Notes under the pieces: generated by a model
Seen by the model: only the letters and a program-made list of their open reading frames with translations
What the model was told of the DNA's origin: nothing
Database searches by the model: none
Position numbers and translations under genes: made by a program
DNA from: Escherichia phage 55
Length of the DNA stretch: 64,000 nt
Direction: 5' to 3' (one strand)
Sequence record: OQ599310
Shown here: piece by piece, positions 63,777-64,000 of the stretch
How the letters are laid out: every line of letters begins with the position of its first letter
Position numbering within the stretch: the stretch's first letter is position 1

Positions 63777-64000
63777 ATGAAAGTGAAGATTGCTAACACC
63801 GCTCGGTATTCCCTGAGCCAAAATCCAGACCAAAACAAAGAAGATGTAGTTCGACGTTGTAAGGTTGCAGTCTTTGCAGAGTATGTAGTAGCAAATTGGC
63901 TAGACGGATATGTTAATAAAGGTATTGAAGATGTAGAAGACCCGTATACGTATGCATGGGACGTGTTAGCTCATCCTAAGTACTGTGGTCTACGCGTAGA
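63777..64000 (+). CDS. 5' portion of an ORF truncated by the window end
   Basis: ATG 63777, open to the window end; identity not established. Confidence 0.4.
   Translation, partial: MKVKIANTARYSLSQNPDQNKEDVVRRCKVAVFAEYVVANWLDGYVNKGIEDVEDPYTYAWDVLAHPKYCGLRV

Noticed and set aside
1-64000. tRNA or other structured RNA genes
   Set aside because: No cloverleaf-compatible segments noticed in intergenic regions; not formally scanned, so a covariance-model search could revise this

Overview
This window reads as a 64-kb stretch of a T4-like (T-even) myophage genome. The 903-aa DNA polymerase, the fused gene 39/60 topoisomerase subunit, and the absence of alpha-/beta-glucosyltransferase genes point to an RB69-type phage (recognition from memory, not a database search). 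Almost all genes are on the + strand in the classical T-even early/middle order: regB, tk, rI, accessory genes, nrdC, 49, a homing endonuclease, nrdD/nrdG/nrdH, nine small ORFs, 55, 47, 46, rpbA, 45, 44, 62, regA, 43, a sugar-nucleotide cassette, 42, two unassigned genes, uvsX, 40, 41, accessory genes, 61, 56, soc, modA/modB, srd-like, dda, dexA, a paralog triplet, 39(+60), a glycosyltransferase, rIIA.1, rIIA, rIIB. The only convincing minus-strand gene is a small membrane ORF at 46056..46253. Starts were refined from the ORF track where an RBS-backed ATG lies downstream of a TTG/GTG or promoter-spanning extension, and several ORFs under 60 aa missing from the track were added. The most interesting content is a candidate DNA hypermodification system: an isomerase / kinase-nucleotidyltransferase / phosphatase cassette at the T4 imm locus plus a GT-B glycosyltransferase at the gene 60/mobA locus, consistent with NDP-pentose (arabinose) synthesis and transfer to hydroxymethylcytosine. 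Other items worth follow-up are a macro-domain protein, an Arr-like ADP-ribosyltransferase-fold protein, a nucleotidyltransferase-fold protein beside a P-loop ATPase, a free-standing homing endonuclease, and a reiterated promoter architecture with inverted repeats around the -10 element. All functional calls rest on motif-level reading of the translated ORFs and remembered T4 gene order; none was verified by search.
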